Positions 28,560-38,090 of a stretch of DNA of 64,000 bases are shown here, piece by piece; within the stretch, counting starts at the first letter, position 1, and each line of letters starts with the position of its first letter. The notes under the pieces were generated by a model that was given only the letters and a program-made list of their open reading frames with translations, was not told where the DNA came from and made no database searches. A program made the position numbers and the translations under genes. Origin of the DNA: Dehalococcoidia bacterium (GTDB taxonomy: Bacteria; Chloroflexota; Dehalococcoidia; UBA2979); the NCBI GenBank assembly GCA_964291495.2, contig OZ219872.1:64001-128000 (forward strand). Direction: 5' to 3'.

Positions 28560-30338
28560 TCAGGACCGCCCGAAGGAGCGGCGCAGCTGCTCGCGGCTGA
28601 GGTGCAGCAGGGTCGGGCGGCCGTGCGGGCACGTCTGCGGCAGCGCGCAGCGCTCGAGCGCGGCCAGCAGCGCGCGCTGCTCCGCCTCGCTCACGCGATC
28701 GCCCGCGCGGATCGCCGCGCGGCAGGCGAGGCTCGCCGCCGTGCGGTCCGGCCCCGAGAGCCGCTCGTCCGCCTCCATGCGATCGAGCAGCTCCGCCAGC
28801 GCCTTGCCCGGATCCCCCTCGCCCAGCAGCGCCGGCAGCGCGCGCACGATCAGCGCCGCGTCGTCGGTCGCCTCCAGCACCCAGCCGAGCGCGGCCAGCG
28901 TCTCCGCCTCGGCCGCGGCGAGCGCCGCCTGCGAGGCGCTGAGCGGCGCGACCACGGCCTGCAGCAGCGGCTGCGCGGCGACCTCCCCGGCCGCGAGCTG
29001 CGCGCGCACACGCTCGTAGAGCACGCGCTCGTGCGCCGCGTGCTGGTCGACGAGGCAGAGCCCGTCCGGCGCCTCGGCCACGAGGAAGGTCTCGTCGATC
29101 TGCCCGAGCGGGCGCAGCGCCGGCAGCCGCTCGCCGAGCGGCAGCTCCGGGCGCGCCGCCACCTCCTCGCGAGGCTCGGCCGGGCGCGCCGAGCGCAGCA
29201 ACGCCCCGGCCGACGGCGGGGGCGCCGCCGCCGGGAGACCCGGCGCGGTCCAGGGCGCGCTCGTGCTCGCCGCGAGCGGCGGCGGGCCCTCGGGCGCGGG
29301 CGCGCCGGCGAGGGCGGCCCGCAGCGCCGCGCCCACGGCGCGCGCCACCGCCCGCTCGTCGCGGAAGCGCACCTCGGCCTTCGTCGGGTGCACGTTGACG
29401 TCGATCAGCTCCGGCGGCAGCTCGATTCGCAGCAGCCCGAGCGGGTGCCGCCCAACCGGCAGCAGCCCCTCGTAGGCGCGCTCGACGGCGAAGGTCAGCG
29501 CGCGGTCGAGGATCGCGCGCCCGTTCGCCACGAGGTGCAGCGCGCCGCGGTTGCCGCGGTGCAGCGCGGGCGGCCCCGCCAGCCCGCTCACCCGCAGCAC
29601 GCCGCCCTCGACCGGCTCGCGATGATCGAGCGCCAGCAGCGCCGCAGCCGAGTCGGCGTCGTAGACGGCCGCCCACGCCGACCGCGCCTCGCCGTCGCCG
29701 GGGCTGGCCAGCGCCGCGCGTCCGTCCAGCTCGAGCCGGAAGGCGACCGCCGGGTAGGCGAGCGCGTAGTCCTCGAGCACGCGCGTCACCGCCCGCGCCT
29801 CGGCGCGCGGCGAGCGCAGGAAGGCGCGCCGCGCCGGCAGCGCCGCGAACAGCTCGCGCACCTCGATGCTCGTCCCCGGTGCGCCCGCGGCGCTGCCCTG
29901 CGCCGCCGGCCGCCCGCCCCGGTAGCGCGCGGTCGCCGCCGCCGACTCGCCTGTGACGCGCGTCGTGCAATCCACCTCGGCCGCCGCGACGATCGCCGCC
30001 AGCGCCTCGCCGCGGAAGCCGAGCGAGCGCACCGCGAACAGTTCCTCCGCGCGGCGCAGCTTCGAGGTCGCGTGCCGCTCGAAGGCGTCGGCGAGCTGAT
30101 CGGCGGGAATCCCGCAGCCGTCGTCGCGCACGCGGATGCGATCGATCCCGCCGCTCTCGACGGCGACCTCGATCCGCCCCGCCCCGGCGTCGAGCGCGTT
30201 CTCGATCAGCTCCTTGACGATCGAGGCGGGCCGCTCGATCACCTCGCCCGCCGCGATCCGCGCCGCCGCCTCGGGCGGCAGCAGCCGGATCGGCGCGCGC
30301 CGCGCGGCAGCAGACGGCGCGGCGGCCTCGGTCGTCAC
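28560..30338 (-). CDS. mutL: DNA mismatch repair endonuclease MutL
   Basis: IAAGEVIERPASIVKELIENALDAGA, HATSK, GFRGEAL, DVNVHPTK, DQHAAHER, CPHGRP. Confidence 0.97.
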   Translation of the reverse strand: MTTEAAAPSAAARRAPIRLLPPEAAARIAAGEVIERPASIVKELIENALDAGAGRIEVAVESGGIDRIRVRDDGCGIPADQLADAFERHATSKLRRAEELFAVRSLGFRGEALAAIVAAAEVDCTTRVTGESAAATARYRGGRPAAQGSAAGAPGTSIEVRELFAALPARRAFLRSPRAEARAVTRVLEDYALAYPAVAFRLELDGRAALASPGDGEARSAWAAVYDADSAAALLALDHREPVEGGVLRVSGLAGPPALHRGNRGALHLVANGRAILDRALTFAVERAYEGLLPVGRHPLGLLRIELPPELIDVNVHPTKAEVRFRDERAVARAVGAALRAALAGAPAPEGPPPLAASTSAPWTAPGLPAAAPPPSAGALLRSARPAEPREEVAARPELPLGERLPALRPLGQIDETFLVAEAPDGLCLVDQHAAHERVLYERVRAQLAAGEVAAQPLLQAVVAPLSASQAALAAAEAETLAALGWVLEATDDAALIVRALPALLGEGDPGKALAELLDRMEADERLSGPDRTAASLACRAAIRAGDRVSEAEQRALLAALERCALPQTCPHGRPTLLHLSREQLRRSFGRS

Positions 30339-30342
30339 CCGC

Positions 30343-32967
30343 CTAGCCCTCCACGCCGAGCCGCGCCCGCGCGGCCGCGCGCAGCTCGTAGAGCCGCTGC
30401 AGCGCCTCGAGCGGGCTCAGCTCGTCCGGCTCGAGCGCCGCCACTTCCTCGGTCAGCGCGTCGGGCGGCGTCGCCAGCAGCGGCAGCTGCCCGGCGGCCG
30501 GCGACTCTGCCGGTGCATCCGCCAGGCTGGCGCCCCCCCAGTCCGCGCCCTGCGGCGCGGCCTCGAGCTGCGCGAGCAGCTCGCGCGCCCGCGAGACGAC
30601 CGCGCGCGGCAGCCCGGCCAGCGCCGCGACGTGCACGCCGTAGGCGCGATCGGCCGCGCCGTCCTCGATGCGATGCAGGAAGACCAGCTCGCCGCCCTGC
30701 TCGGCGACCGCGACGGCGCGGTTGGCGACTCGGGGCAGCAGCCCGGCCAGCGCCGTCAGCTCGCGGTAGTGGGTCGCGAACAGCGTGCGCGGCGCGCCGC
30801 CCGGGCGGTGGTGCAGCGCCTCCACCACCGCGCGCGCGATCGCCAGCCCGTCGCGCGTCGAGGTGCCGCGCCCGATCTCGTCGAGCAGCACCAGCGATCG
30901 CTCGCTCGCGCGGTGCAGGATCTGCGCCGTCTCCACCATCTCCAGCATGAACGTCGAGCGCCCGCCCGCGAGGTCGTCGTGCGCCCCCACGCGCGTGAAG
31001 ATCGCGTCGACCATCCCGATCTCGGCGCGCGCCGCCGGCACGTAGCTGCCGCACTGCGCGAGCAGCACGATCAGCGCCGTCTGCCGCAGGTAGGTCGACT
31101 TGCCCCCCATGTTCGGCCCCGTCAGCACGACGATCCCGGCGTCCTCGCCGAGACTCAGGTCGTTGGGCACGAACGCGCCCGGCTCGAGCCGCCGCTCGAC
31201 CACCGGGTGCCGCCCCTCCTCGATCACGATCGGCCCCGCCGGACGCAGCACGGGACGCGCGTAGCCGCCGTCGGCGGCCAGCTCCGCCAGCGTGGCGGCG
31301 ACGTCCAGCCGCGCCAGCGCCGCCGCCGCGCGCTCGATCGCCGGGCCCGCCGCCGCGACCTGCTCGCAGAGCCGCGCCAGCGCCGCCCGCTCCGCCTCGA
31401 CGAGCCGCTCCTTCGCGCCGAGGATGCGATCCTCGAGCTCGCTCAGCGGGCGGTAGCGGAAGCGCTGCGCGTTCGCCAGCGTCTGGCGCGGCTCGTACTC
31501 CGGCGGCGCCTGTCCGGCCTGCGTCCGCGGCAGCTCCAGGTAGTAGCCGAAGACCCGGTGGTAGCCGACCTTGAGGCTGCGCAGCCCGCTGCGCTCGCGC
31601 TCCGCCGCCTCGAGCGCCGCGAGCGCCCCGCGCGCGTCGGCGGCGACCGCCCGCAGCGCGTCCAGCTCGGCGTCCGCCCCCGCCCGCAGCGACTCGCCCT
31701 CGCCGGCCTCGGGCGGATCGTCGGCGAGCGCCGCGGCCAGCGCCCCGGCCGTCTCGCCGGTGCCGCCCAGCTCCGAGGCGAGCGGCGCCGCCGCGCCCCC
31801 CGCCGCTCGCGCCTGCTCGGCCAGCTCCGGCAGCCGCTCGAGGCCGCGCCGCAGCTGCAGCAGCTGGCGCGGCCCCGCGCTGCCCGCCCGCACGCGCCCG
31901 AGCAGCCGCTCGATGTCCGGCAGCCCGCGCAGCGCGCGCCGCAGCGCCGCCCGCGCCAGCGGCGCCTCCAGCCAGGCCGCGACCTCGTCGAGCCGCGCCT
32001 CGGCGGCTTGGGCGTCGCGCAGCGGCCGCCCCAGCCGCTCGCGCAGCAGTCGCGCGCCCGGCCCCGTCAGCGTGCGATCGATCGCCCCCAGCAGCGTCGC
32101 CTCCGGCCCGCCCGCGCTCTCGAAGAGCTCCAGCGTGCGCCGCGTCTGCGCGTCGAGCGCGACGAACTCGCCGGGGCGCGGCGCGCGCGGCGTGCGCAGC
32201 TGGCGCAGCGCCTGCGGCCACGACTCCTCGAGGTAGCCGAGCAGCGCCCCGGCCGCCCCCACCGCCGCTTCCAGGCCCGCCAGCCCGAAGCCCTCGAGGC
32301 TGGCGACGCCGTAGCGCTCGCGGAGCGCGCGATCCGCCTCGCCGGGCGCGAAGGCGCGCGCCGGCCTGCTCGTGCGCCGCGCCTCCGGCGCCAGCTCCTC
32401 GGGCAGCGCCCCCGCCGCGCCCTCGGGCAGCAGCAGCTCGCGCGCGGCGAGCCGCGCCAGCTCCCCGCCGAGCGCGCCCTCCTCGACCAGCAGACACTCC
32501 AGCTCGCCGGTCGTCGCGTCGCAGGCGGCGAGCCCCCAGCGCCGCTCGCTCGCCCCGCCGCGACGCGCCGCGGCGGGCTCCGGGGCGAGCGCGACGAGCC
32601 AGTTGTGGCTGCTCTCGGCCAGCAGCGCGCCGCCCTCGACGGTGCCGGGCGTGACGACGCGCAGCACGCGCCGTTCGACGAGCCCGCGGCCGGGCGGCTC
32701 GACCTGCTCGGCGAGCGCGACGCGCAGGCCCGCCGTGACGAGCTGATCGAGGTAGCGTTCGAGCGCGTGGTGCGGGATCCCTGCCATCGGCACGCGGCCC
32801 TCGCCCTTGCCGAGCGGCCGCGAGGTGAGCGCGATCCCGAGCGTCTCCGCGAGCCGCGCCGCGTCGTCGTCGAACGCCTCGTAGAAGTCGCCCATGCGGA
32901 ACAGCAGCAGCGCGTCGCGATGCTGCGCCTTGAGCGCCAGGTACTGCCTGCGAACCGGTGTGGTCAG
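30343..32967 (-). CDS. mutS: DNA mismatch repair protein MutS (probable CTG start)
   Basis: (L)TTPVRRQY...LLFRMGDFYE, TPGT, GRHPVVE, TGPNMGGKSTYLRQ, STFMLEM, DEIGRGTST, FATHY. Confidence 0.96.
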   Translation of the reverse strand: MTTPVRRQYLALKAQHRDALLLFRMGDFYEAFDDDAARLAETLGIALTSRPLGKGEGRVPMAGIPHHALERYLDQLVTAGLRVALAEQVEPPGRGLVERRVLRVVTPGTVEGGALLAESSHNWLVALAPEPAAARRGGASERRWGLAACDATTGELECLLVEEGALGGELARLAARELLLPEGAAGALPEELAPEARRTSRPARAFAPGEADRALRERYGVASLEGFGLAGLEAAVGAAGALLGYLEESWPQALRQLRTPRAPRPGEFVALDAQTRRTLELFESAGGPEATLLGAIDRTLTGPGARLLRERLGRPLRDAQAAEARLDEVAAWLEAPLARAALRRALRGLPDIERLLGRVRAGSAGPRQLLQLRRGLERLPELAEQARAAGGAAAPLASELGGTGETAGALAAALADDPPEAGEGESLRAGADAELDALRAVAADARGALAALEAAERERSGLRSLKVGYHRVFGYYLELPRTQAGQAPPEYEPRQTLANAQRFRYRPLSELEDRILGAKERLVEAERAALARLCEQVAAAGPAIERAAAALARLDVAATLAELAADGGYARPVLRPAGPIVIEEGRHPVVERRLEPGAFVPNDLSLGEDAGIVVLTGPNMGGKSTYLRQTALIVLLAQCGSYVPAARAEIGMVDAIFTRVGAHDDLAGGRSTFMLEMVETAQILHRASERSLVLLDEIGRGTSTRDGLAIARAVVEALHHRPGGAPRTLFATHYRELTALAGLLPRVANRAVAVAEQGGELVFLHRIEDGAADRAYGVHVAALAGLPRAVVSRARELLAQLEAAPQGADWGGASLADAPAESPAAGQLPLLATPPDALTEEVAALEPDELSPLEALQRLYELRAAARARLGVEG

Positions 32968-33049
32968 GGCGTCAGCGCGCCTCTCCGGGGATGCCCGCTA
33001 GTGTAGCCCAGCCCCGCCGGGTTCAACAGTGCGTCCACAGGGGCGGGGG

Positions 33050-34705
33050 CTATTGCTCCGTTACGTACGGGCTGGAGGCGGAGCAACCGGTGGTGTTGCA
33101 GGCTCTGACCCTGTAGGAGTCGTAGTAGAAGAAGCTCGGGTCCACGTCGCGATAGGAGGTCTCCCTCACGCGGGCTTCAAGTACGAATTGCGTGCCGGTC
33201 GCGTGGTGGTCGACCTCGTAGTGCGTGGCGCCTGGGACCACATTCCAACTCACGAGTATGTCGTCCGGCGCGAACGCGATGTCGATCTTGGTCAACCTGA
33301 GACCGGTCGGCGTGGTCGGTACGAACGAGGCTGATGTGGCGAAGCAGAACTCGTACGACCGCGACCAATGAGTGGAGATGTCGTCCTCGGCGATCTCGAG
33401 CTCATGGCAGCCTGGACCGAGCGCAAGCAGAGCGTCCCACATGCCGGCCTGAGCGACGGCCGAGCCTCCGTTGAACCGGTAGACCACGTCGTCGAAGTTG
33501 ACAAAGTCAGCCCACAGCAGCCACCGGCCACGAGCCGGGTCCAACGCCGTCGAGCGAGCACGGCACTGATCCGCAGTGAGATCCTCGGACTGTGAAACCG
33601 TACAGAAGGCGCTGATGGTGAGGAGACTCTGGGCAGCCGTCGCTTCGACGACGTGCGGCGACGAGCGCAGGTTTGCGAGTTGGGCGACGACGGTCTCAGC
33701 CGCAATGCCGTAGCCAATGCCGTCGATGTCGCGCCCGCCAGGTGTTTGGTCCGCCTTGGATGTCGCGACGCCGACCACGTTCCCGCAATCGTCGACGATC
33801 GGCCCGCCGCTGTTGCCGGGATTGATCTCCGCGTCGGTCTGGAGCGCCAAGGCGCCGGAGGCGAGCCGGACGTACTTCGAGACAATGCCGCGCGTGGCCG
33901 ACGGGGTACCGCTCACGCCAGACGGGAAACCGACTACCCGAACGAAAGCGTCGAGGGCGGGACGCGATGCGGCGAAGCTCAAGGCGCGCACGGATGCCGG
34001 CGGCTCCGCGAGAAGCAGTGCCAGATCGTGGTCTGGAAGGCTCCCGGCAACCCTGGCAGAGATGCGCGAGTGGCCGTACACGAGCGTGGCTTCTGCTACA
34101 TCAGCGACCACGTGGTGGTTCGTGATCCACTCACTACCGCCGATGTAGAAGGCGGTACCTGTGCCGGTCGTAGTTTGCACCTGGAAGGTCGCGGCGCGCA
34201 CCTGCTCCGTTGAGACGCACGCGGCAGTGGCCGGAGCAGTCCCAGCCGGAACGTTGACGGGCGAGGCGTAGCGCCACGCCTGCAATGCGATCAGTCGCGG
34301 CGTCATGAACCGGGAACTCCCGAACAGCAACTCGCCCCACGAACTGTCCTCACCCCGCGCCTGGATCGCGAACTCGACGCTGCCGCTCGCCGTCCCGCGT
34401 GCGGCCACACGGACCGCGTGCCCATCCCCCACCGTGACCGGCGTGGCGTAGCGCCACGCCTGTAGGGCGATCAGCCGGGGTGACATGAAGCGCGAACGCC
34501 CGAACAGCAGCTCGCTCCACGAGCCGCCCGCAACCCGCTGCTGGATCGCGAACTCCACGCTGCCGCTCGCCGTCCCGCGAGCGGCTACACGGACCTCCGG
34601 CGCCGCGGCCTCGGCCATCGATTGTGCGTCTGCCCTCGGCACCTCGATCGAGGCCGCAAGCGCGGCGATCACCACGAGCAGGCATGCCGACAGCTTGAGG
34701 GTCAT
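33050..34705 (-). CDS. secreted trypsin-like (S1C-type) serine protease with duplicated N-terminal module and C-terminal FN3-like domain
   Basis: Signal peptide; triad TNHHVV / DLALL / NPGNSGGP; C-terminal PTTPTGL..VSWNVVPGATHYEV..YRVRACN. Confidence 0.85.
   Translation of the reverse strand: MTLKLSACLLVVIAALAASIEVPRADAQSMAEAAAPEVRVAARGTASGSVEFAIQQRVAGGSWSELLFGRSRFMSPRLIALQAWRYATPVTVGDGHAVRVAARGTASGSVEFAIQARGEDSSWGELLFGSSRFMTPRLIALQAWRYASPVNVPAGTAPATAACVSTEQVRAATFQVQTTTGTGTAFYIGGSEWITNHHVVADVAEATLVYGHSRISARVAGSLPDHDLALLLAEPPASVRALSFAASRPALDAFVRVVGFPSGVSGTPSATRGIVSKYVRLASGALALQTDAEINPGNSGGPIVDDCGNVVGVATSKADQTPGGRDIDGIGYGIAAETVVAQLANLRSSPHVVEATAAQSLLTISAFCTVSQSEDLTADQCRARSTALDPARGRWLLWADFVNFDDVVYRFNGGSAVAQAGMWDALLALGPGCHELEIAEDDISTHWSRSYEFCFATSASFVPTTPTGLRLTKIDIAFAPDDILVSWNVVPGATHYEVDHHATGTQFVLEARVRETSYRDVDPSFFYYDSYRVRACNTTGCSASSPYVTEQ
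34250..34594 (-). repeat. intragenic tandem duplication, 180-bp period (2 copies)
   Basis: VRVAARGTASGSVEFAIQ..SW.ELLFG.SRFM.PRLIALQAWRYA.PV occurs twice, starting at 34594 and 34414. Confidence 0.92.
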
Positions 34706-34730
34706 GCAGTCGTCGCGGAGCGCGCGCCCC

Positions 34731-36632
34731 CTACGTCACCGCCCGCGCCACCGCGAGCGCGACGAGGTCGTCGCGGGCGATGCCGCGCGGGGCGAGGTCG
34801 TAGCAGGCCCCGCAGCGGATGCAGAGCTCGTCGTCCAGCGAGTAGCCGCCGCGCGGCGACCCGCGGATGGCGTCCACGGGGCAGATCAGGCGCGCCGACT
34901 CCAGCCGCGGGTCGCTCTGGTCGGCGATGCGGAAGCGCAGGAAGCCGCGACCCCGCAGCTCCGGGTCGGCCGCCGCGACGTGCGCGTCGAACTCCTCGCT
35001 GAAGTAGCGCAGCGTGTTGCGCATGATCGTCGGGCTGGCCGATCCGTGCACGCAGTTCGAGTACTGCAGCGCCTGCCCAAGCTGCTCGAGGTTGTAGCGG
35101 TCCTCGCCCCGGCCGCCGCCGTCGAGCACGCGCTTGAACACCTCGGTCATGCGCTGGTTGCCGTGGTGGCAGCTCGTGCAGCGCCCGCACGACTCCTCCT
35201 CGAGGAACTCGGAGAACATCACATTCAACTCGATCGAGTTCGCGTCCTCGCCGACGAAGACGATGCCGCCGGCGCCGATCAGCGTGCCGTGCTGGGCGAA
35301 GTCCTCCTTCTCGAGGTTCAGCCCGTCGGCGATCGCGGCCGGCAGGTAGCCGGCCAGCGGACCGCCCGGCTGGATCGCCTTCAGCTCGCCCGGCGCGCCG
35401 CTGCTGCGCGTCGCCCCGCCGAGCGCCGTCAGCACCTCGCGCAGCGGCGTGCCCCAGGGCAGCTCCATGAAGCCGGTGCGCGCGATGTCGCCCGAGAACG
35501 AGAAGATCTTCGTGCCGCTGTTGCGCTCCGTGCCCTGCTCGCGGTACCAGTCCGCACCGTGCGCGAGCACGAGAGCGGCGTTCGCGTAGGTCTCGACGTT
35601 GTTGACGTTGGTCGGCTTGTAGAAGACGCCGGCCTGCGCCGGGAACGGCGGCTTGATGCGCGGCATCCCGCGATCGTCCTGGATCGAGGCGATCAGCCCC
35701 GTCTCCTCGCCGCAGACGTAGGCGCCCGCCCCGACGATCACCTCCAGCGTGCAGGAGAAGTCGCTGCCGAGGATATTGTCGCCGAGCAGCCCCGCCTGCT
35801 CGGCCTGCGCGATCGCCTCGCGCACGCGCTCGACCGCCAGCGGGTACTCGCCGCGGATGTAGATGAAGCCGTGGATCGCCGCCGTCGCGTAGGCCGCGAT
35901 CAGCATGCCCTCGATGATCAGGTGGGGGTCGCCCTCCATCAGCACGCGGTTCACCCAGGCGCCGGGGTCGCCCTCGTCGGCGTTGCAGACCAGGTAGCGC
36001 TCGTCGTCGGGCGCGCCGGCGAGGAAGTTCCACTTCACGCCGGCGGGGAAGAAGGCGCCGCCGCGCCCGATCAGCCCGGCGTCCCCCTGCAGCTGGCGCA
36101 CGGCCTCCGCGCCGTGGTGGCGATCGACCATCCGCGCCAGCGCGTGGTAGCCGCCCGTCGCGACGTAGTGCTCCAGCGACTCCGGGTCGCTGCGCCCGAT
36201 CCGCGCGAGCAGCCGCCGCTCGTCCTCGCAGGCGAGGAAGGGATGCGCCTCGATCGGCGGCAGCCCCGGCCGCTCCCCGGCGATCACGCCGAGCGCCAGC
36301 TCCGCCGCCGCGCCCGCGCGTCCCGTCGCCTCGTCGATCAGCAGCCCGACCTTGTCCGGGGTGACCGGGCCGTAGAGCACCGAGGCGCCGTCCGGCCAGG
36401 TGATCTGCGCGAGCGGCTGCAGCCACTGCAGCCCGTAACCGTGCACGCGCCCGAGGTCGACCGCCGCGCCGCGCGCCTCGGCCTCCGCCTCGAGCGCGGC
36501 CTGCGTGCGCCCCGCGCCCGCGGCCAGCGCCGAGGTCTCCCAGGCGAGGTCGATGCGCGGCCGCACGGGCCGCTGCCACTCGGCGTAGGCGGCGTCGGCC
36601 GGTTCGCGCAGCGCGGCGTAGGCGTCGAGCAT
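34731..36632 (-). CDS. NuoF/HoxF/HydB-like NAD(H)-FMN flavoprotein subunit
   Basis: GRGGAFFP.G.KW, CNADEGDPG, GAGAYVCGEET, PRIKPPFPA, NNVET, ESCGRCTSC...C, C-terminal ferredoxin remnant. Confidence 0.92.
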   Translation of the reverse strand: MLDAYAALREPADAAYAEWQRPVRPRIDLAWETSALAAGAGRTQAALEAEAEARGAAVDLGRVHGYGLQWLQPLAQITWPDGASVLYGPVTPDKVGLLIDEATGRAGAAAELALGVIAGERPGLPPIEAHPFLACEDERRLLARIGRSDPESLEHYVATGGYHALARMVDRHHGAEAVRQLQGDAGLIGRGGAFFPAGVKWNFLAGAPDDERYLVCNADEGDPGAWVNRVLMEGDPHLIIEGMLIAAYATAAIHGFIYIRGEYPLAVERVREAIAQAEQAGLLGDNILGSDFSCTLEVIVGAGAYVCGEETGLIASIQDDRGMPRIKPPFPAQAGVFYKPTNVNNVETYANAALVLAHGADWYREQGTERNSGTKIFSFSGDIARTGFMELPWGTPLREVLTALGGATRSSGAPGELKAIQPGGPLAGYLPAAIADGLNLEKEDFAQHGTLIGAGGIVFVGEDANSIELNVMFSEFLEEESCGRCTSCHHGNQRMTEVFKRVLDGGGRGEDRYNLEQLGQALQYSNCVHGSASPTIMRNTLRYFSEEFDAHVAAADPELRGRGFLRFRIADQSDPRLESARLICPVDAIRGSPRGGYSLDDELCIRCGACYDLAPRGIARDDLVALAVARAVT

Positions 36633-36636
36633 CGCG

Positions 36637-37164
36637 CTAGCCCTGCCCCGCCGCCGTGCCGTTCTCGGGCAGGCCGAGCGTCTCCGGGTCCTCGCCGGCG
36701 GCGAGCGAGCGCGCCAGCTCAACCGCGCGCGCGGCGTTGAGCTTGCCGACGACGCGGCCCTGCAGCCAGACCTGCGGCGCCTGCTCGCAGGTGCCGACGC
36801 ACTGGCCGAGCGTGAAGGCGACGCGCCCGTCGGGGCTGTCCCCGCCCAGCTCGCAGCCGAGCACGGCCTCGATCGCGCCGCGGATGCCGTTCGCGTTGCG
36901 CAGCCGGCAGGCCGGGCCCGAGCACCAGGCGAGCGAGACCGGCGGCGGCGGCGTGGTGCGGAAGTCCGAGTAGTAGGTGGTCGCGCCGTAGACGTGCGCC
37001 GGGGTCAGCCGCAGCTGCTGCGCGACGACCTCCATCGCCTCGCGCGAGATGTAGCCGTAGGCGTGGTGGATCCGGTGCAGCGCCTCGAGCAGGTCGCCGT
37101 CGCCCGGCACGAGTCCGTCGAGCAGCGCGCGGATTGCGGCCTTCGCCTCGGTCTCGAGCGGCAC
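36637..37164 (-). CDS. NuoE/HydC-like [2Fe-2S] subunit
   Basis: LEALH.IH..YGYI, VYGATTYYSDF, CSGPAC...CVGTC..AP. Confidence 0.92.
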   Translation of the reverse strand: MPLETEAKAAIRALLDGLVPGDGDLLEALHRIHHAYGYISREAMEVVAQQLRLTPAHVYGATTYYSDFRTTPPPPVSLAWCSGPACRLRNANGIRGAIEAVLGCELGGDSPDGRVAFTLGQCVGTCEQAPQVWLQGRVVGKLNAARAVELARSLAAGEDPETLGLPENGTAAGQG

Positions 37165-37235
37165 GCTCGCTCCCTCACGTCCGCGCGGCGGCGCCGTCCG
37201 CGCCGTCCTGCTGTCAGTCCCGGCTGTCCGCCCCG

Positions 37236-37241
37236 ACTATA
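37236..37241 (-). promoter_or_regulatory. -10 element for the nuoE/F-like pair
   Basis: TATAGT on the minus strand in an otherwise GC-rich intergenic gap. Confidence 0.4.
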
Positions 37242-37280
37242 TGAGCGCGCCATGGTCCGAACAAGGAACGCGCCGGCCCC

Positions 37281-38066
37281 TCACTCCCCGTCCGGCGCTT
37301 CCGGCGCCTCCAGCGCGGCGAGCACCCGCGCCTTGAGCGCGACGAAGACCCCGGCCGTGACGTCGGCGCTGCGGCGCGGCCGAGCGAGCGGCACCTCGAT
37401 GCGCTCGACGATGCGGCCGGGGCGCGGCGACATCACGTAGACGACGTCGGAGAGCAGCAGCGCCTCGTCGACGTCGTGCGTCACCAGCAGCACCGTGCGG
37501 CCGTCGCGGCCCCAGACGTCCTGCAACCAGCCCTGCATCCCGCGCCGCGTGTGCGCGTCGAGCGCCCCGAACGGCTCGTCGAGCAGCAGCGTCTCGCGCG
37601 GCATCAGGAAGGTGCGCAGCAGCGCGAGGCGCTGCCGCATCCCGCCCGAGAGCTGCGCCGGCCACGCGCGCTCGAAACCTCCGAGCCCGAAGCGCGGATA
37701 GAGCTCGCGCGCCCGCGCCCGCACCTCCTCGCGCGCGACACCCGCGACTTCCGCTCCGAGCGTCGCGTTGCCCTCGACGCGCCGCCAGGGCAGCAGCAGG
37801 TCGCGCTGCGGCATGTAGGCGGTCAATCCCGGCTCGCCGATGGTGCTTGCGCCGTCGACCGACGCCTCGCCGCGCGAGGGCACGAGCAGCCCCGCGAGCA
37901 CCTGCAGCACCGTGCTCTTCCCGCAGCCGCTCGGGCCGAGCAGGCTGACGAAGGCGCCGCGCGCCGCCTCGAGGTCGACCGCCTCGAGGGCGGCCACGGG
38001 CGGGTCGCCGGGGTAGCTGTGACCCAGCGACCGCACCCGCAGCGCGGGCTCGCCCGCGGCGCTCAT
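37281..38066 (-). CDS. ABC transporter ATP-binding protein (ThiZ-like)
   Basis: GPSGCGKST, LSGGMRQR, LLLDEPFGALD, VTHD; lies in the TPP-riboswitch operon. Confidence 0.92.
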   Translation of the reverse strand: MSAAGEPALRVRSLGHSYPGDPPVAALEAVDLEAARGAFVSLLGPSGCGKSTVLQVLAGLLVPSRGEASVDGASTIGEPGLTAYMPQRDLLLPWRRVEGNATLGAEVAGVAREEVRARARELYPRFGLGGFERAWPAQLSGGMRQRLALLRTFLMPRETLLLDEPFGALDAHTRRGMQGWLQDVWGRDGRTVLLVTHDVDEALLLSDVVYVMSPRPGRIVERIEVPLARPRRSADVTAGVFVALKARVLAALEAPEAPDGE

Positions 38067-38090
38067 CCGCGACGCTCCGCCTCGCCCTCG

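Noticed and set aside
34250-34594. DGR template/variable repeat pair
   Set aside because: Differences are not adenine-specific and are largely synonymous, both copies are in frame, and no reverse transcriptase is present.
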